Of a DNA stretch of 64,000 bases, positions 38,262 to 47,541 are shown in pieces. Where the stretch lies: the IMG/VR virus record IMGVR_UViG_3300025892_000009. One strand, given 5' to 3'. The stretch comes from a virus. The notes under the pieces were generated by a model that ran no database searches, had not been told where the DNA came from, and was given only the letters and a program-made list of their open reading frames with translations. Numbering within the stretch: position 1 is the stretch's first letter; each line of letters starts with the position of its first letter. The position numbers and the translations under genes were made by a program.

Positions 38262-38870
38262 TCAGATAAACGAAAACCAACCAGTGATAATTGTTTTTTC
38301 AGACGTGGGTGATACTCTACCTCTATGGGTATGGGTCCAGTCTGCTGGCCAAATAACAGTATATCCCTTTTGGGCAGGGACATATTTATCTTGATGATAC
38401 CATTCCGTGCCACCATCAGGCACATCATTTAGGTATGTCATAAAGACTAAATGCCTGAAAGTATTTCCAGGCAAAGCATTTGATCTCTCAGTATGCCACT
38501 TTTTAAACCCACCATCAGGTGGGTAGCATTGCATACTGAGAGGCTCATCAACACGAAAACGAGAGGTCTCACAAAAAGGATACCTCTCAACATAATTATT
38601 TAAAACTCCCTGTAGGGCATTCATATAATTTTGAATCTCAGGAATAGCAAGTTGAAAAGGGATGTGTAAGTCTAATGACTCTTTGTAGTCTCGGTCAACT
38701 ACAACATCACCTTCTCGATATACTTGCCCCTCCTGAGGATTCAACAGGTTTTGATTGCGCCAGAAAAATATCAATCCATCAACGACAGACTCATCGATAA
38801 AGTCGCCCCAAATAAAATCGGATCTCTTTTCGCAAAATCTATTTTTGTAAAGTGTTATTTCTTCTGTCAT
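38262..38870 (-). CDS. 2OG-Fe(II) oxygenase
   Basis: WHTER..FMTYLNDV.DGGT..IWPA.WTHTHRG. Confidence 0.9.
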   Translation of the reverse strand: MTEEITLYKNRFCEKRSDFIWGDFIDESVVDGLIFFWRNQNLLNPQEGQVYREGDVVVDRDYKESLDLHIPFQLAIPEIQNYMNALQGVLNNYVERYPFCETSRFRVDEPLSMQCYPPDGGFKKWHTERSNALPGNTFRHLVFMTYLNDVPDGGTEWYHQDKYVPAQKGYTVIWPADWTHTHRGRVSPTSEKTIITGWFSFI

Positions 38871-38871
38871 A

Positions 38872-38941
38872 ATCCATCCCGACCAGGGTGAGTTTTGTGC
38901 CGTCCCAAGGCAGGGTCAAAATGACTCCACCAGGGTAAGAT
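38872..38941 (-). ncRNA. wcaG-like structured 5' UTR RNA
   Basis: Multi-stem element with two CCCTGGT(G/C)G motifs, GTCA-TTT-TGAC and TGCC..GGCA hairpins, directly before an ATG. Confidence 0.55.
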
Positions 38942-39166
38942 TTACGTCGTTTCCAGGACGCCATCTGCAATCAAATTATCAATTAGAATCGTGTAATCTT
39001 CTTCAACATTAATCCCCCAGAAGTGGACATGTCTATTGCAGTTATCGCTATAAAAACGACATAGTGCAGCGAAGAGAAAAGGATACTCAGTGTCAAGGGC
39101 AATATTACCATTAACAGTATCTTTTAGTAGTTGAAGACTTTCTCCAAATCGATCTCTAACAGTCAT
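38942..39166 (-). CDS. Hypothetical protein
   Basis: ORF between the tRNA and the structured RNA. Confidence 0.65.
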   Translation of the reverse strand: MTVRDRFGESLQLLKDTVNGNIALDTEYPFLFAALCRFYSDNCNRHVHFWGINVEEDYTILIDNLIADGVLETT

Positions 39167-39207
39167 GACTGCTCTCCTTTTTTGGTTTGACCAACGCCCG
39201 AAGGCGA

Positions 39208-39281
39208 CGATTCAGGTAGGATTCGAACCTACGACCGAGGCATTAGAAGTGCCTTGCTCTATTCCACTGAGCTACTGAACC
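39208..39281 (-). tRNA. tRNA-Arg (TCT), CCA not encoded
   Basis: Acceptor GGTTCAG/CTGAATC, anticodon stem AGGCA-CTTCTAA-TGCCT, GGTTCGAATCC T-arm. Confidence 0.95.
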
Positions 39282-39289
39282 AAAGATGG

Positions 39290-39895
39290 TCAGTCCTCAG
39301 GGTGAGCAGCATAAACTTTAACAATAGGATCGCCTTGCCACATACTACGTTTTACTCTATCCACTTTACCTCTCAAATTGAATGATACAATGGTGCGTCG
39401 TTTGTCTGTGTTGTTTGCCAATGCTTCATGTGCAATAGTTGATGGGAAAATAATTAGTTGACCCTCATTTACAGGTGGCTCAAACACTTCAAGTCTACCA
39501 TTCCAAGGATTTAACCATGGTGAATAGAATTGAGTTGCCGAATGAAATCTAGGATCAAACTCAACATACATTATAGCAGACCATCCACTATGCCCATGGT
39601 TATGAATGCCATGGTTGTGTCCTTGATATGCCTGCTGAAACCACATGTCAGTAAACTCTACCTTACGTTGATCTGTAAAGTCTTTCAGGTATGGAGTAAT
39701 GATGTCAATGATAGTGTCTCCATAAGAAGGCACATCTTCATCTTCCATATTCAAAAAGAAATCCGTATAGACATTGCCATCAAGCATGGCATCTGTCAAC
39801 TCAGGGAGAGCATCAAGGATTCTTTTTTTATTTGTGGGCCAGTTGTTGATCTCATAATGAATCAACGGCACCGAAAACATACTGTGTACTGTCAT
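39290..39895 (-). CDS. Putative 2OG-Fe(II) oxygenase
   Basis: HGIHNHG..WSAIMYV..EGQLIIFPS...H....N....RR..VSFN. Confidence 0.8.
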   Translation of the reverse strand: MTVHSMFSVPLIHYEINNWPTNKKRILDALPELTDAMLDGNVYTDFFLNMEDEDVPSYGDTIIDIITPYLKDFTDQRKVEFTDMWFQQAYQGHNHGIHNHGHSGWSAIMYVEFDPRFHSATQFYSPWLNPWNGRLEVFEPPVNEGQLIIFPSTIAHEALANNTDKRRTIVSFNLRGKVDRVKRSMWQGDPIVKVYAAHPED

Positions 39896-40023
39896 GAAAT
39901 TTCTTGTAACTCTCGAATACGAATTGCTAATGCTTCTGCGTTAGCTTGATTACCTTCTTCAATTTCCAAATGGAGTTGATCAACTAAAAACTCCACAATC
40001 TCTTCTAGAAATTGAGTGTCCAT
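39892..40023 (-). CDS. Small acidic hypothetical protein (43 aa)
   Basis: Manual translation; ATGA coupling. Confidence 0.5.
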   Translation of the reverse strand: MDTQFLEEIVEFLVDQLHLEIEEGNQANAEALAIRIRELQEIS

Positions 40024-40070
40024 GCTTCCCCTGCGTAACTCTTCAATTATATATGAAGAATAAGATCAGG

Positions 40071-40403
40071 TCAACCCTTAAAATTTTTAATAAACCATTC
40101 GGCATCCACTACAACCAGAGCCTTCTTACGATTCTTTTTCATAAAAAGAATGGGCTCATAGTCTCCTGAGTTGGCAGTTGCCTGATCGTATGCATCGTAT
40201 ACATTGAGTTTCTCTACATTCTTACACTCAATACTGAATGGAAATTTCTTTCTGGCATCTCTTGCCATGATTAGATCTTCTCCACCTGCACCCATAGATC
40301 TAGATTCTATGTCTTCTGGGTGGACATCCCTGTGCTCTATCAACATGTCCCTAACCCATTTCTGGAAATTCCTTCCTTTAGCTTTCGCACTTTGAGGTTT
40401 CAT
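40071..40403 (-). CDS. PD-(D/E)XK endonuclease (resolvase-like)
   Basis: SAKAKGRNFQ..GGED..SIECKN. Confidence 0.75.
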   Translation of the reverse strand: MKPQSAKAKGRNFQKWVRDMLIEHRDVHPEDIESRSMGAGGEDLIMARDARKKFPFSIECKNVEKLNVYDAYDQATANSGDYEPILFMKKNRKKALVVVDAEWFIKNFKG

Positions 40404-40418
40404 TTACACATACTCTAT

Positions 40419-40442
40419 TAAAAAAGACCCCTTGTGGGGTCT
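40419..40442 (-). terminator. Terminator-like hairpin
   Basis: AGACCCC-ACAA-GGGGTCT followed by TTTT; immediately downstream of a CTAAATA late-like promoter. Confidence 0.7.
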
Positions 40443-40468
40443 CTCTATTTAGTCACTACGTGGATCGC

Positions 40469-40615
40469 TTATCGCGATGCAACTGCATACTTACGCTCGA
40501 CCTTAACACCACGATACATAAGATCGTGATTACGAGTTTGGGTTTGCTCTGACAGTACCTTTGCCTTGTAAGTTTCAGCGTTGTACTGTTGTCCTCGGTA
40601 TGTGATCTGTGTCAT
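40469..40615 (-). CDS. DUF4278-like small protein (GifB/IF17-related)
   Basis: Two YRG motifs (ITYRGQQY, LMYRGVK); AGGAG Shine-Dalgarno; downstream of a glutamine-riboswitch-like element. Confidence 0.7.
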   Translation of the reverse strand: MTQITYRGQQYNAETYKAKVLSEQTQTRNHDLMYRGVKVERKYAVASR

Positions 40616-40646
40616 GTTATGTACTCCTGAAAGTGAGGTGGTTAAA

Positions 40647-40909
40647 CCCCGTTCCTTCAGTCGTGTGCGTCCCAAGGGTAGCAATCAGGTGTTGATTCCT
40701 TCATGACCTCAATCAATTCTACCTTCATTTCTGGAGGAAGATTCTCATTTGTTCTCATCCGAAGCATAACTGCATCAGCTTGAGCACATGTGAGTGATGA
40801 ATAGAATAATAATTCTAGCATGGGATGAACGGCTCCGTTCCGCGACTTACTTGCGTCCTGTGGCGTCTTTCTATGCTATGTGCATAACGAATACCACCAT
40901 GGATGAACG
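40647..40909 (-). ncRNA. Tandem/nested glutamine-riboswitch-like element (glnA / Downstream-peptide class)
   Basis: Two units of CGTTCATCC(C)...GGACGCA...GGAACGG, with AAGTAAG and CTGAAG E-loop-like segments. Confidence 0.65.
40657..40821 (-). CDS. 54-aa ORF embedded in the riboswitch-like element
   Basis: Manual translation MLELLFYSSLTCAQADAVMLRMRTNENLPPEMKVELIEVMKESTPDCYPWDAHD. Confidence 0.6.
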   Translation of the reverse strand: MLELLFYSSLTCAQADAVMLRMRTNENLPPEMKVELIEVMKESTPDCYPWDAHD

Positions 40910-40941
40910 TATGGATAGTATACACCATCCAATACTATTTA

Positions 40942-41214
40942 TCAAGTTTTCCTTTTTTTCGACTTCGTGCTCTTCTTTTTAGTGGTCTTACCCTCTTCAA
41001 CTCTTGCTTCAGACTGCACAAAAACTTCAAGTGGTCCCGTATACCACTGGTCGGGTCCTGGCCAGGTGATCCTGGCACTTTCTTTTCCCAACTTCTTTTC
41101 CTCCCCATTATTAAAGCACTTCTTATAATTTAAAATCCGAGAAAGTAGTTGCTTCCACATCTTGTTTGATGCCCCCAACAATATAGGACTCAATCTCAGT
41201 TTCCTGAGGAGCAT
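40942..41214 (-). CDS. Basic hypothetical protein (start uncertain)
   Basis: WPGPDQWY motif and Lys-rich tail; the real start may be a TTG near 41090 after GGAGG. Confidence 0.4.
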   Translation of the reverse strand: MLLRKLRLSPILLGASNKMWKQLLSRILNYKKCFNNGEEKKLGKESARITWPGPDQWYTGPLEVFVQSEARVEEGKTTKKKSTKSKKRKT

Positions 41215-42259
41215 TCTGTTGACCTTTACTATTCAACCAATGCTCAGTCCATGGTAGGGGATTATTTTTAGCAGGGATATCATAAACTGGATCAATACCA
41301 ATCGCTTTCATACGACGGTTAGCAACCCACTCAACATATTGTGCTAGTAGTCTTTCATTAAGACCAATCATAGATCCCTCAGCAAACAAATAATTTGCCC
41401 ACTCTTTCTCTTGCTCCACTGCATCTATAAACATCTTACGGACATTCTCTTTCTCCTCTCCTGCAATCACTTGCATGTCGGGATCATCACCCTCTATCCA
41501 CTTCTTCATAATCTTTTGAGTCAATACAAGATGTTGAGATTCGTCTCTTGCAATGAGAGAAATGATCTTGGCAGATCCTTCCATAAGTTTGAGCTCACCA
41601 AATGCAAAACTGCAAGCGAAAGAAACATAAAAACGAATACCTTCCAAGATATTGACATTGGCAATAGCAAGGTAAAGTTTACGCTTTACTTCCTTAAGTG
41701 TGATGTCACGAGTTGGTGAACCAATCCAATCTTCACTCCACATATCACCTGCTGCCCACTCAGTAGCAGCATCTATGAATTCATTGTATGCTTTACATAC
41801 AGACTTAGCACGAGAGAGGATCTTATCATTATCCAAGACAGAATCAAATACTTCTGAAGGATCAGGATAAATGTTTTTGATAATATGAGTATATGATCTG
41901 GAGTGAATCTGCTCCATGAATTCCCATACACCCATAGCACCTTCCAACTCAGGCAATGAGCAGTATGGAGAGAATGCCATTCCAGGACCACGACCTTGCA
42001 CTGAGTCTAGAAGGATTTGGTATTTAAGATTTGATGTATAGATATGCTTCTGTTGATCTGAAAGAGTTTTATAGTCTGCCCTATCTTTCTGCAAAGAAAC
42101 TTCTTCAGGTCTCCAGAAATATCCAAGTTGAGTTTGTGTCAACTTATCAAAATCTGGATACTTGTATTCATCGTATCTTTGCATTCCAAGAGGAGCACCA
42201 AAAAACATAGGTTGCTTTTTAGTGTTGACCTTCTTGTCGTTAAATACCGTTACTCCCAT
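41123..42259 (-). CDS. nrdB: Ribonucleotide reductase class Ia beta subunit
   Basis: FWRPEEV..DSVQGR..IHSRSY..EGIRFY..ARDE..H. Confidence 0.97.
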   Translation of the reverse strand: MGVTVFNDKKVNTKKQPMFFGAPLGMQRYDEYKYPDFDKLTQTQLGYFWRPEEVSLQKDRADYKTLSDQQKHIYTSNLKYQILLDSVQGRGPGMAFSPYCSLPELEGAMGVWEFMEQIHSRSYTHIIKNIYPDPSEVFDSVLDNDKILSRAKSVCKAYNEFIDAATEWAAGDMWSEDWIGSPTRDITLKEVKRKLYLAIANVNILEGIRFYVSFACSFAFGELKLMEGSAKIISLIARDESQHLVLTQKIMKKWIEGDDPDMQVIAGEEKENVRKMFIDAVEQEKEWANYLFAEGSMIGLNERLLAQYVEWVANRRMKAIGIDPVYDIPAKNNPLPWTEHWLNSKGQQNAPQETEIESYIVGGIKQDVEATTFSDFKL

Positions 42260-42426
42260 GTAGTCTCCTTTGGTTGTGCGTTGGTGCCAAAATTATTGAC
42301 GTAATTTAAAAAACTATTGATTCGTGGATTAATACCAAATGAGTCACACACTGCAAGCCAGGACTCGAAGTCCTCTTGCAGATCTTTTGTTAATTCAAGT
42401 GTTACTATTCTTGGAGCATCAGACAT
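42250..42426 (-). CDS. Small ORF between nrdA and nrdB
   Basis: MSDAPRIVTLEL..; overlaps both neighbours. Confidence 0.5.
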   Translation of the reverse strand: MSDAPRIVTLELTKDLQEDFESWLAVCDSFGINPRINSFLNYVNNFGTNAQPKETTWE

Positions 42427-44725
42427 TGCAGGCATCACATTCAGATTCTTCTCCCATAGATTCAATCTCAGAAAGAATACTGTTAGTATCAGATGTTACT
42501 ACAGGTTCTTCTTCCCCGTCTTTTTTATTATCATAAGTATTCTGATAATAAGAGGTCTTCCAACCATACTTATATGTAGTTAAAAGATCATTTGCCATTA
42601 CAGTCAGTGGGACTTCATTGTTTGGATAATTTTCAGGATTGTAACTCCAGTTTCCACTGATTGCCTGATCGAAGAACTTCTGCATAATTGCAACGATCTT
42701 AATATACCCTTCATTAGATTTCATATCCCATAGAAGAGTATAGTTATTCTTCAATGTGGTGAAAGACGGAACAATCTGCTTAAGAGGTCCCTTCTTTGAT
42801 TTTTTAACGGACAGGTATGCTCTAGGTGGTTCAATTCCATTGGTTGCATTTGACACAACGGAGCTGCTCTCCGAAGGCATCTGTGCGGACAGTGTGCTGT
42901 GTCGCAGTCCGTACTCATTGATAGATGCGCGAAGACTCTCCCAATCATAATTTAATTCTGGCGATACAATTTCATCTACTTCCTTTTTATAAGTATCAAT
43001 TGGAAGAATTCCATCACAATACTTAGTCCTATGGAATGCTTCACATGGACCCTTCTCTCTAGCAATCTGGTTAGAAGACTTCAGAAGATGGTATTGGAAT
43101 GATTCAGTAAGATCATAAACTAATTTATGAGCCTTAGGATCATCATAATGCTCACCATTCTTTGCTAGGTAGTGTGCTAGACCGATAAATCCAATGCCTA
43201 GAGAGCGTCGTGCAAGGGTGCTACGACGTGCTGCAGAGACAGGGTAGTCTTGGTAATCAATCAACTCTTCTAGACCCCTCACAGCGAGATCACAAAGGTT
43301 TTCCAACTCATCCAGTTTAGAAATCTTACCTACATTAATAGCAGAAAGAATACAAAGAGCAATCTCACCATCAGAATCATCAATATGACGGATAGGATCT
43401 GTAGGTAAAGTGATCTCCTGGCAGAGGTTACTCATATTCACCTTATCTTTAAAGGAGGAGTGACTGTTGCAGTGATCAATATTCATGATGTAAATACGAC
43501 CTGTCTCTGCTCTTTCTTTCAAGAGACTTAAGAAGAGCTCTTGAGCTCCGATTGTGGTGCGAGGGATTCCAGCATCTGATTCGTAAGCACAGTAGAGACT
43601 GTCAAAGTCATCAGTCCCGAAAGTATCATAAAGACCAGGGACATCATGAGGACTGAAAAGTGAAATCTCTTTGTTGTCGATGAAACGTGCATAGAATAGT
43701 TTTGAAATTTGGATTGAGTAGTCAAGTTTCCTCACGCGATTATCTTCAGTGCCCTTATTATTCTTAAGGACTAGGATGTCTTCTATTTCTTGGTGCCAGA
43801 TAGGAAAGTGAACTGTAGCAGAACCACCTCTGATGCCGTTTTGAGTGCAGCATCGTACAGTTGATTCAAACTTTTTAAGGAAGGGGACCACGCCTGTGTG
43901 CTGTACCTCTCCGCCTCTGATTTTAGAGTTGATGCCACGGACTCTACCTGCGTTGATACCGATTCCTGCGCGTTGTGCAACGTAGTAACCAATAGCCATA
44001 TCACTGCTAAAGATACTATCGAGGGTGTCATCAACATCAACGAGAACACAACTCGCAAACTGACGGAGAGGCGTTCGCACTCCTGCCATGACGGGGGTTG
44101 GAATGTTGATTCTGTGTCTGGAGATGGCATCGTAATATTTCCTAATGTATTCTAGTCTCGTCTCTTGTGGATAGTCTCTGAAGAGAGTCAGAGCAATCAT
44201 GATATACATCTGTTGCGGTGTCTCAAAGACTTTACCATTACTACGATCTTGAACAAGATATTTATCAGAAACTTGTCTCAGTCCAGCATAAGTAAACAGG
44301 AAATCTCTACTGTTATCGATCATAGAATCGATTTCAGTCCACTCATCATCAGTATACTTATCAAGAATACTGCTGTCATAGATTCCCTTGTCAACACAAT
44401 CCATAACATGGTCATGTAAGTATGGACGGAAGTCTGGATGATCTCCATACACAGACTTACGAAGACCAAACAAAAGCAAACGTGCTGCAACGAATTGATA
44501 GTTTGGTGCTTCTAATGATATCAAATCATTAGCAGATCGAATAAGAATCTCTTGAATATCTTCCGTCTTAATACCATCAAAGAATTGGAGATTGGCATTC
44601 ATTTCAACTTGTGATTCAGATACACCTGCAAGATCTTTACAAGCGTGCTCTACCATCACATGAATTTTTTCTAGATGGAGTGCTTCAACTCCACCACTAC
44701 GCTTAACAACACTGATCCCACTCAT
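42419..44725 (-). CDS. nrdA: Ribonucleotide reductase class Ia alpha subunit
   Basis: ATP cone, SCVL, SNLCQEI, MPSESSS, C-terminal CDAC. Confidence 0.97.
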   Translation of the reverse strand: MSGISVVKRSGGVEALHLEKIHVMVEHACKDLAGVSESQVEMNANLQFFDGIKTEDIQEILIRSANDLISLEAPNYQFVAARLLLFGLRKSVYGDHPDFRPYLHDHVMDCVDKGIYDSSILDKYTDDEWTEIDSMIDNSRDFLFTYAGLRQVSDKYLVQDRSNGKVFETPQQMYIMIALTLFRDYPQETRLEYIRKYYDAISRHRINIPTPVMAGVRTPLRQFASCVLVDVDDTLDSIFSSDMAIGYYVAQRAGIGINAGRVRGINSKIRGGEVQHTGVVPFLKKFESTVRCCTQNGIRGGSATVHFPIWHQEIEDILVLKNNKGTEDNRVRKLDYSIQISKLFYARFIDNKEISLFSPHDVPGLYDTFGTDDFDSLYCAYESDAGIPRTTIGAQELFLSLLKERAETGRIYIMNIDHCNSHSSFKDKVNMSNLCQEITLPTDPIRHIDDSDGEIALCILSAINVGKISKLDELENLCDLAVRGLEELIDYQDYPVSAARRSTLARRSLGIGFIGLAHYLAKNGEHYDDPKAHKLVYDLTESFQYHLLKSSNQIAREKGPCEAFHRTKYCDGILPIDTYKKEVDEIVSPELNYDWESLRASINEYGLRHSTLSAQMPSESSSVVSNATNGIEPPRAYLSVKKSKKGPLKQIVPSFTTLKNNYTLLWDMKSNEGYIKIVAIMQKFFDQAISGNWSYNPENYPNNEVPLTVMANDLLTTYKYGWKTSYYQNTYDNKKDGEEEPVVTSDTNSILSEIESMGEESECDACNV

Positions 44726-45717
44726 ACTTTTTTCCACTGAATAAACTTAACTTGTGCTTCCATACCTGAATAGGTATTCGATTTTACTATACTTTGGACA
44801 TCTAGTCCAGCTAACACCATGTCATTGATGTCCTTTTGTTTTATCTGACTTGGCCAGATTACCACCTGCTCTTTGTTTCTTATAGTAGTCTCGAGCCTCT
44901 GCACGATCTGCGTGTTTCTGGGTTCATTATCGTATACCCAGACCCTATATCGATAATCAAGAGAGCGGTGGTCAACATCGCTGCCACACATAGCAACAGA
45001 GTTGTCAATGAAATGGGAGTCGAAGGGTCCTTCCGTGACATAAACAGTTTCCTCAGGATTAATTTGATCTTGTCCATATAGTTTGAGTCTATCGTCAAAC
45101 ATAATGGTTATGTATCGTAGCGTTGCATTTGGAGACAGAGATCTACCCTGAATACCAAACCAGTTGCCATCTGAATCTATGAAAGGGATAATAATTCTAG
45201 GTCTATCATTCTGAAGATTGTCAAAAGAGTTTGGTTTTTGTGTATTGACCCAACGCTTAAACCTATCAGTATAATATAAAGACTGTAGTTTATTCTGAGG
45301 AATTTTCCTACCCTCTAGGTATGCCCTTGCTGGATGCTCACTATTTAGCTCTGTGATTGGTGTTAGGTTTGATACCTTATTAGCGAAGTGTGGTTTTGCA
45401 GACTTATATTCTGGATTGGGAGTATACCTTCCACGCCCTGTGGTGCCATTCTTATACTTCTCCATGATGAATTGGTCATGGAGATCAGGAGCATGATCTT
45501 TTAAAAAATTAGACAGAGATCTACCAGTGCTACAGTTATGGCACTTGAAAATATACTCTGATTTTTTTAAGAAAAAGTATCCCCTTGCTTTATTCTTGTG
45601 CTTCTGGGAATCTCCACAGTATGGGCACCTGAAATTGTAAAGACCATTCTTTACATGTTTAAATTTCTCTAGACGTGTGCTGAGAAACCTGACGTATTTG
45701 TCCTCAACGTAGTCCAT
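44722..45717 (-). CDS. gp61: DNA primase gp61
   Basis: RCPYCGDS..CHNC zinc finger; TEGPFDS TOPRIM; KDINDM. Confidence 0.95.
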   Translation of the reverse strand: MDYVEDKYVRFLSTRLEKFKHVKNGLYNFRCPYCGDSQKHKNKARGYFFLKKSEYIFKCHNCSTGRSLSNFLKDHAPDLHDQFIMEKYKNGTTGRGRYTPNPEYKSAKPHFANKVSNLTPITELNSEHPARAYLEGRKIPQNKLQSLYYTDRFKRWVNTQKPNSFDNLQNDRPRIIIPFIDSDGNWFGIQGRSLSPNATLRYITIMFDDRLKLYGQDQINPEETVYVTEGPFDSHFIDNSVAMCGSDVDHRSLDYRYRVWVYDNEPRNTQIVQRLETTIRNKEQVVIWPSQIKQKDINDMVLAGLDVQSIVKSNTYSGMEAQVKFIQWKKV

Positions 45718-46100
45718 TTACTAGATCTCACTTCAGGTATCTTAACCGAAGTTTTATCATCTGTCAAGGTACGCAGCAATGCTTGACCTGGCGAACTGAT
45801 TATGACTGAGATCACAGTCAATGCACCTGCAACTGTCCACATCTTTTTCTCCATTTCCCTGAGTCTATTATCTACAAGACGAATGTCTCTCTCACATCCT
45901 TTCTTGATTATGTCTGTCTCCTTAGTGAGATCTGAATGAAGTCTATCTATTTTTTCAAATAGAATTCCATCAACTTCACTCTGTGTAGATAATTTTTCAT
46001 TATGTACAGCAAGTAGTTGACCCATCTTTACAGAATTATCCTGCAACGAATCAACTACTCTTTCTAGTCTTTCTAAAATAGCAGAGTTTATATCTGACAT
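45669..46100 (-). CDS. Coiled-coil protein with C-terminal transmembrane helix
   Basis: LAVHNEKL coiled coil followed by a hydrophobic segment. Confidence 0.65.
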   Translation of the reverse strand: MSDINSAILERLERVVDSLQDNSVKMGQLLAVHNEKLSTQSEVDGILFEKIDRLHSDLTKETDIIKKGCERDIRLVDNRLREMEKKMWTVAGALTVISVIISSPGQALLRTLTDDKTSVKIPEVRSSKWTTLRTNTSGFSAHV

Positions 46101-46477
46101 TATTCTATCCCTAGTGCCTTTTGTCTTTTATTCCAATAAAATTTAATAACATCATTAGGATATAGTCTTTTAACTTTTAACTTCTTAAAATTTTCTGGGC
46201 GATAAATCTTTCTCAGTTCAATCTTCAATGCAGATTCAGATTTATTGTATAGCACATATTGCTCCGCCCCATCATAAGAAATTAGAAACGGATAGTATGT
46301 GCTTGCCTCTTGACCCTCCGTCTTAACCATGTCCTTCTGAGACATAGCATACCTACGCCTTTTCTTCGGACCTTTCTTGGTTAGCATTGGATCAAATCCC
46401 GATACGGGACCTTGGGGATCAGCGGATCCGCTGAAACCACCATCACCTGCAGACATAGTTGGCGCTTCTTCATTCAT
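46100..46477 (-). CDS. Hypothetical protein
   Basis: GFSGSADPQGPVSGFDP motif. Confidence 0.65.
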   Translation of the reverse strand: MNEEAPTMSAGDGGFSGSADPQGPVSGFDPMLTKKGPKKRRRYAMSQKDMVKTEGQEASTYYPFLISYDGAEQYVLYNKSESALKIELRKIYRPENFKKLKVKRLYPNDVIKFYWNKRQKALGIE

Positions 46478-46842
46478 ATGCTTCTAAGTTGCAGAGCAAC
46501 TTCAGTGTCGATACTTACATTAGAAAGACACCCTGCAATCTCTGGATATCTCTCCAGATAAATTAAGAATGTCTTGATGATTGACCAATATTCTTCTTCT
46601 AATTTGTACATTAATAATGGAATAGTCCCATCATTAAATACATTGAAAAGAATAATAAGGTGATTTAGTATTAAGTTAACACGGAGGACCCGAGTCTTAG
46701 TATATCGTTTAAGTAACCGTTTAAGATACTTAAACTTTTTCATGTCCTCCATGAAATCGTCAACTGTAACTGATTGTGGATTATCGTAATGCTTAATAGC
46801 AAACATTAAATAATTTTTTTCATCTAGATTTTCAAAATGCAT
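46474..46842 (-). CDS. Conserved T4-like hypothetical protein
   Basis: HYDNP..F.EDMKKFKYLKRL..LILNHLI.LFNVF. Confidence 0.75.
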   Translation of the reverse strand: MHFENLDEKNYLMFAIKHYDNPQSVTVDDFMEDMKKFKYLKRLLKRYTKTRVLRVNLILNHLIILFNVFNDGTIPLLMYKLEEEYWSIIKTFLIYLERYPEIAGCLSNVSIDTEVALQLRSI

Positions 46843-46858
46843 TACGAATCAGTTAATA

Positions 46859-47479
46859 TTATGTGCCGAATGTCAATGTCGCTGCACCATCGGTGATCAC
46901 TTCTTCCGTGCCACCCGCTGAGGTAATCTTGACGCGATACTTATAGCCGTCCAGAGTGTCAGCAGCGAGACCACTGTAAGCAAGAGTTGCGGTCGTGAAG
47001 TCTGCATAAGTTACACCAGCGTCAAGAGATGCAGTAATGTTAACCCAACGGGTCGTTGCTGCTGCGGTCTGACGTTGCCAGACATAAGACAGAGCACCAG
47101 GTGTGCCTGTGGTAGTTGTGGTAAGGGTGAATGTACCAGCGCCAGAGGAAGAAGTAGAATTAGCAGGTTGTGCTGAAACTGTTACAGCAGATGCAACGTC
47201 TGCTGCGATGGTGTCATCTGTTTGTGTCTCGGTGCCATCAGGATTAGAGATGAAGGCAAGTTGCTCTGCCTTATGGCGAGTGTCACCATTGGCAGTGGTG
47301 TAAGTGCTGTATGCCCACCAACCAGGACTACAAAGTCCCCGAGTCTTATTCTCGTTTAACTCTGCTTCTGCAGCATCAATAAACACAATTGTCTCGGAAA
47401 CGGATCCGCTACCGTTACCACGGGCGAGTCCTGCTTGAGTTTTATTTGCGTTACTGTCAGTTCTCCCGTAAAGAGACAT
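46859..47479 (-). CDS. Putative virion surface protein with Ig-like domain
   Basis: YVWQRQ..DGYKYRVKIT Ig-like motif; TATAAATA late promoter at 47507-47514. Confidence 0.7.
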   Translation of the reverse strand: MSLYGRTDSNANKTQAGLARGNGSGSVSETIVFIDAAEAELNENKTRGLCSPGWWAYSTYTTANGDTRHKAEQLAFISNPDGTETQTDDTIAADVASAVTVSAQPANSTSSSGAGTFTLTTTTTGTPGALSYVWQRQTAAATTRWVNITASLDAGVTYADFTTATLAYSGLAADTLDGYKYRVKITSAGGTEEVITDGAATLTFGT

Positions 47480-47506
47480 GGTTTACTCCGTTAATTCCAG
47501 TATATT

Positions 47507-47514
47507 TATTTATA
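47507..47514 (-). promoter_or_regulatory. T4-type late promoter
   Basis: TATAAATA consensus. Confidence 0.8.
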
Positions 47515-47541
47515 ATAAAAGGGGCTTCCGCCCCCTAAGTA

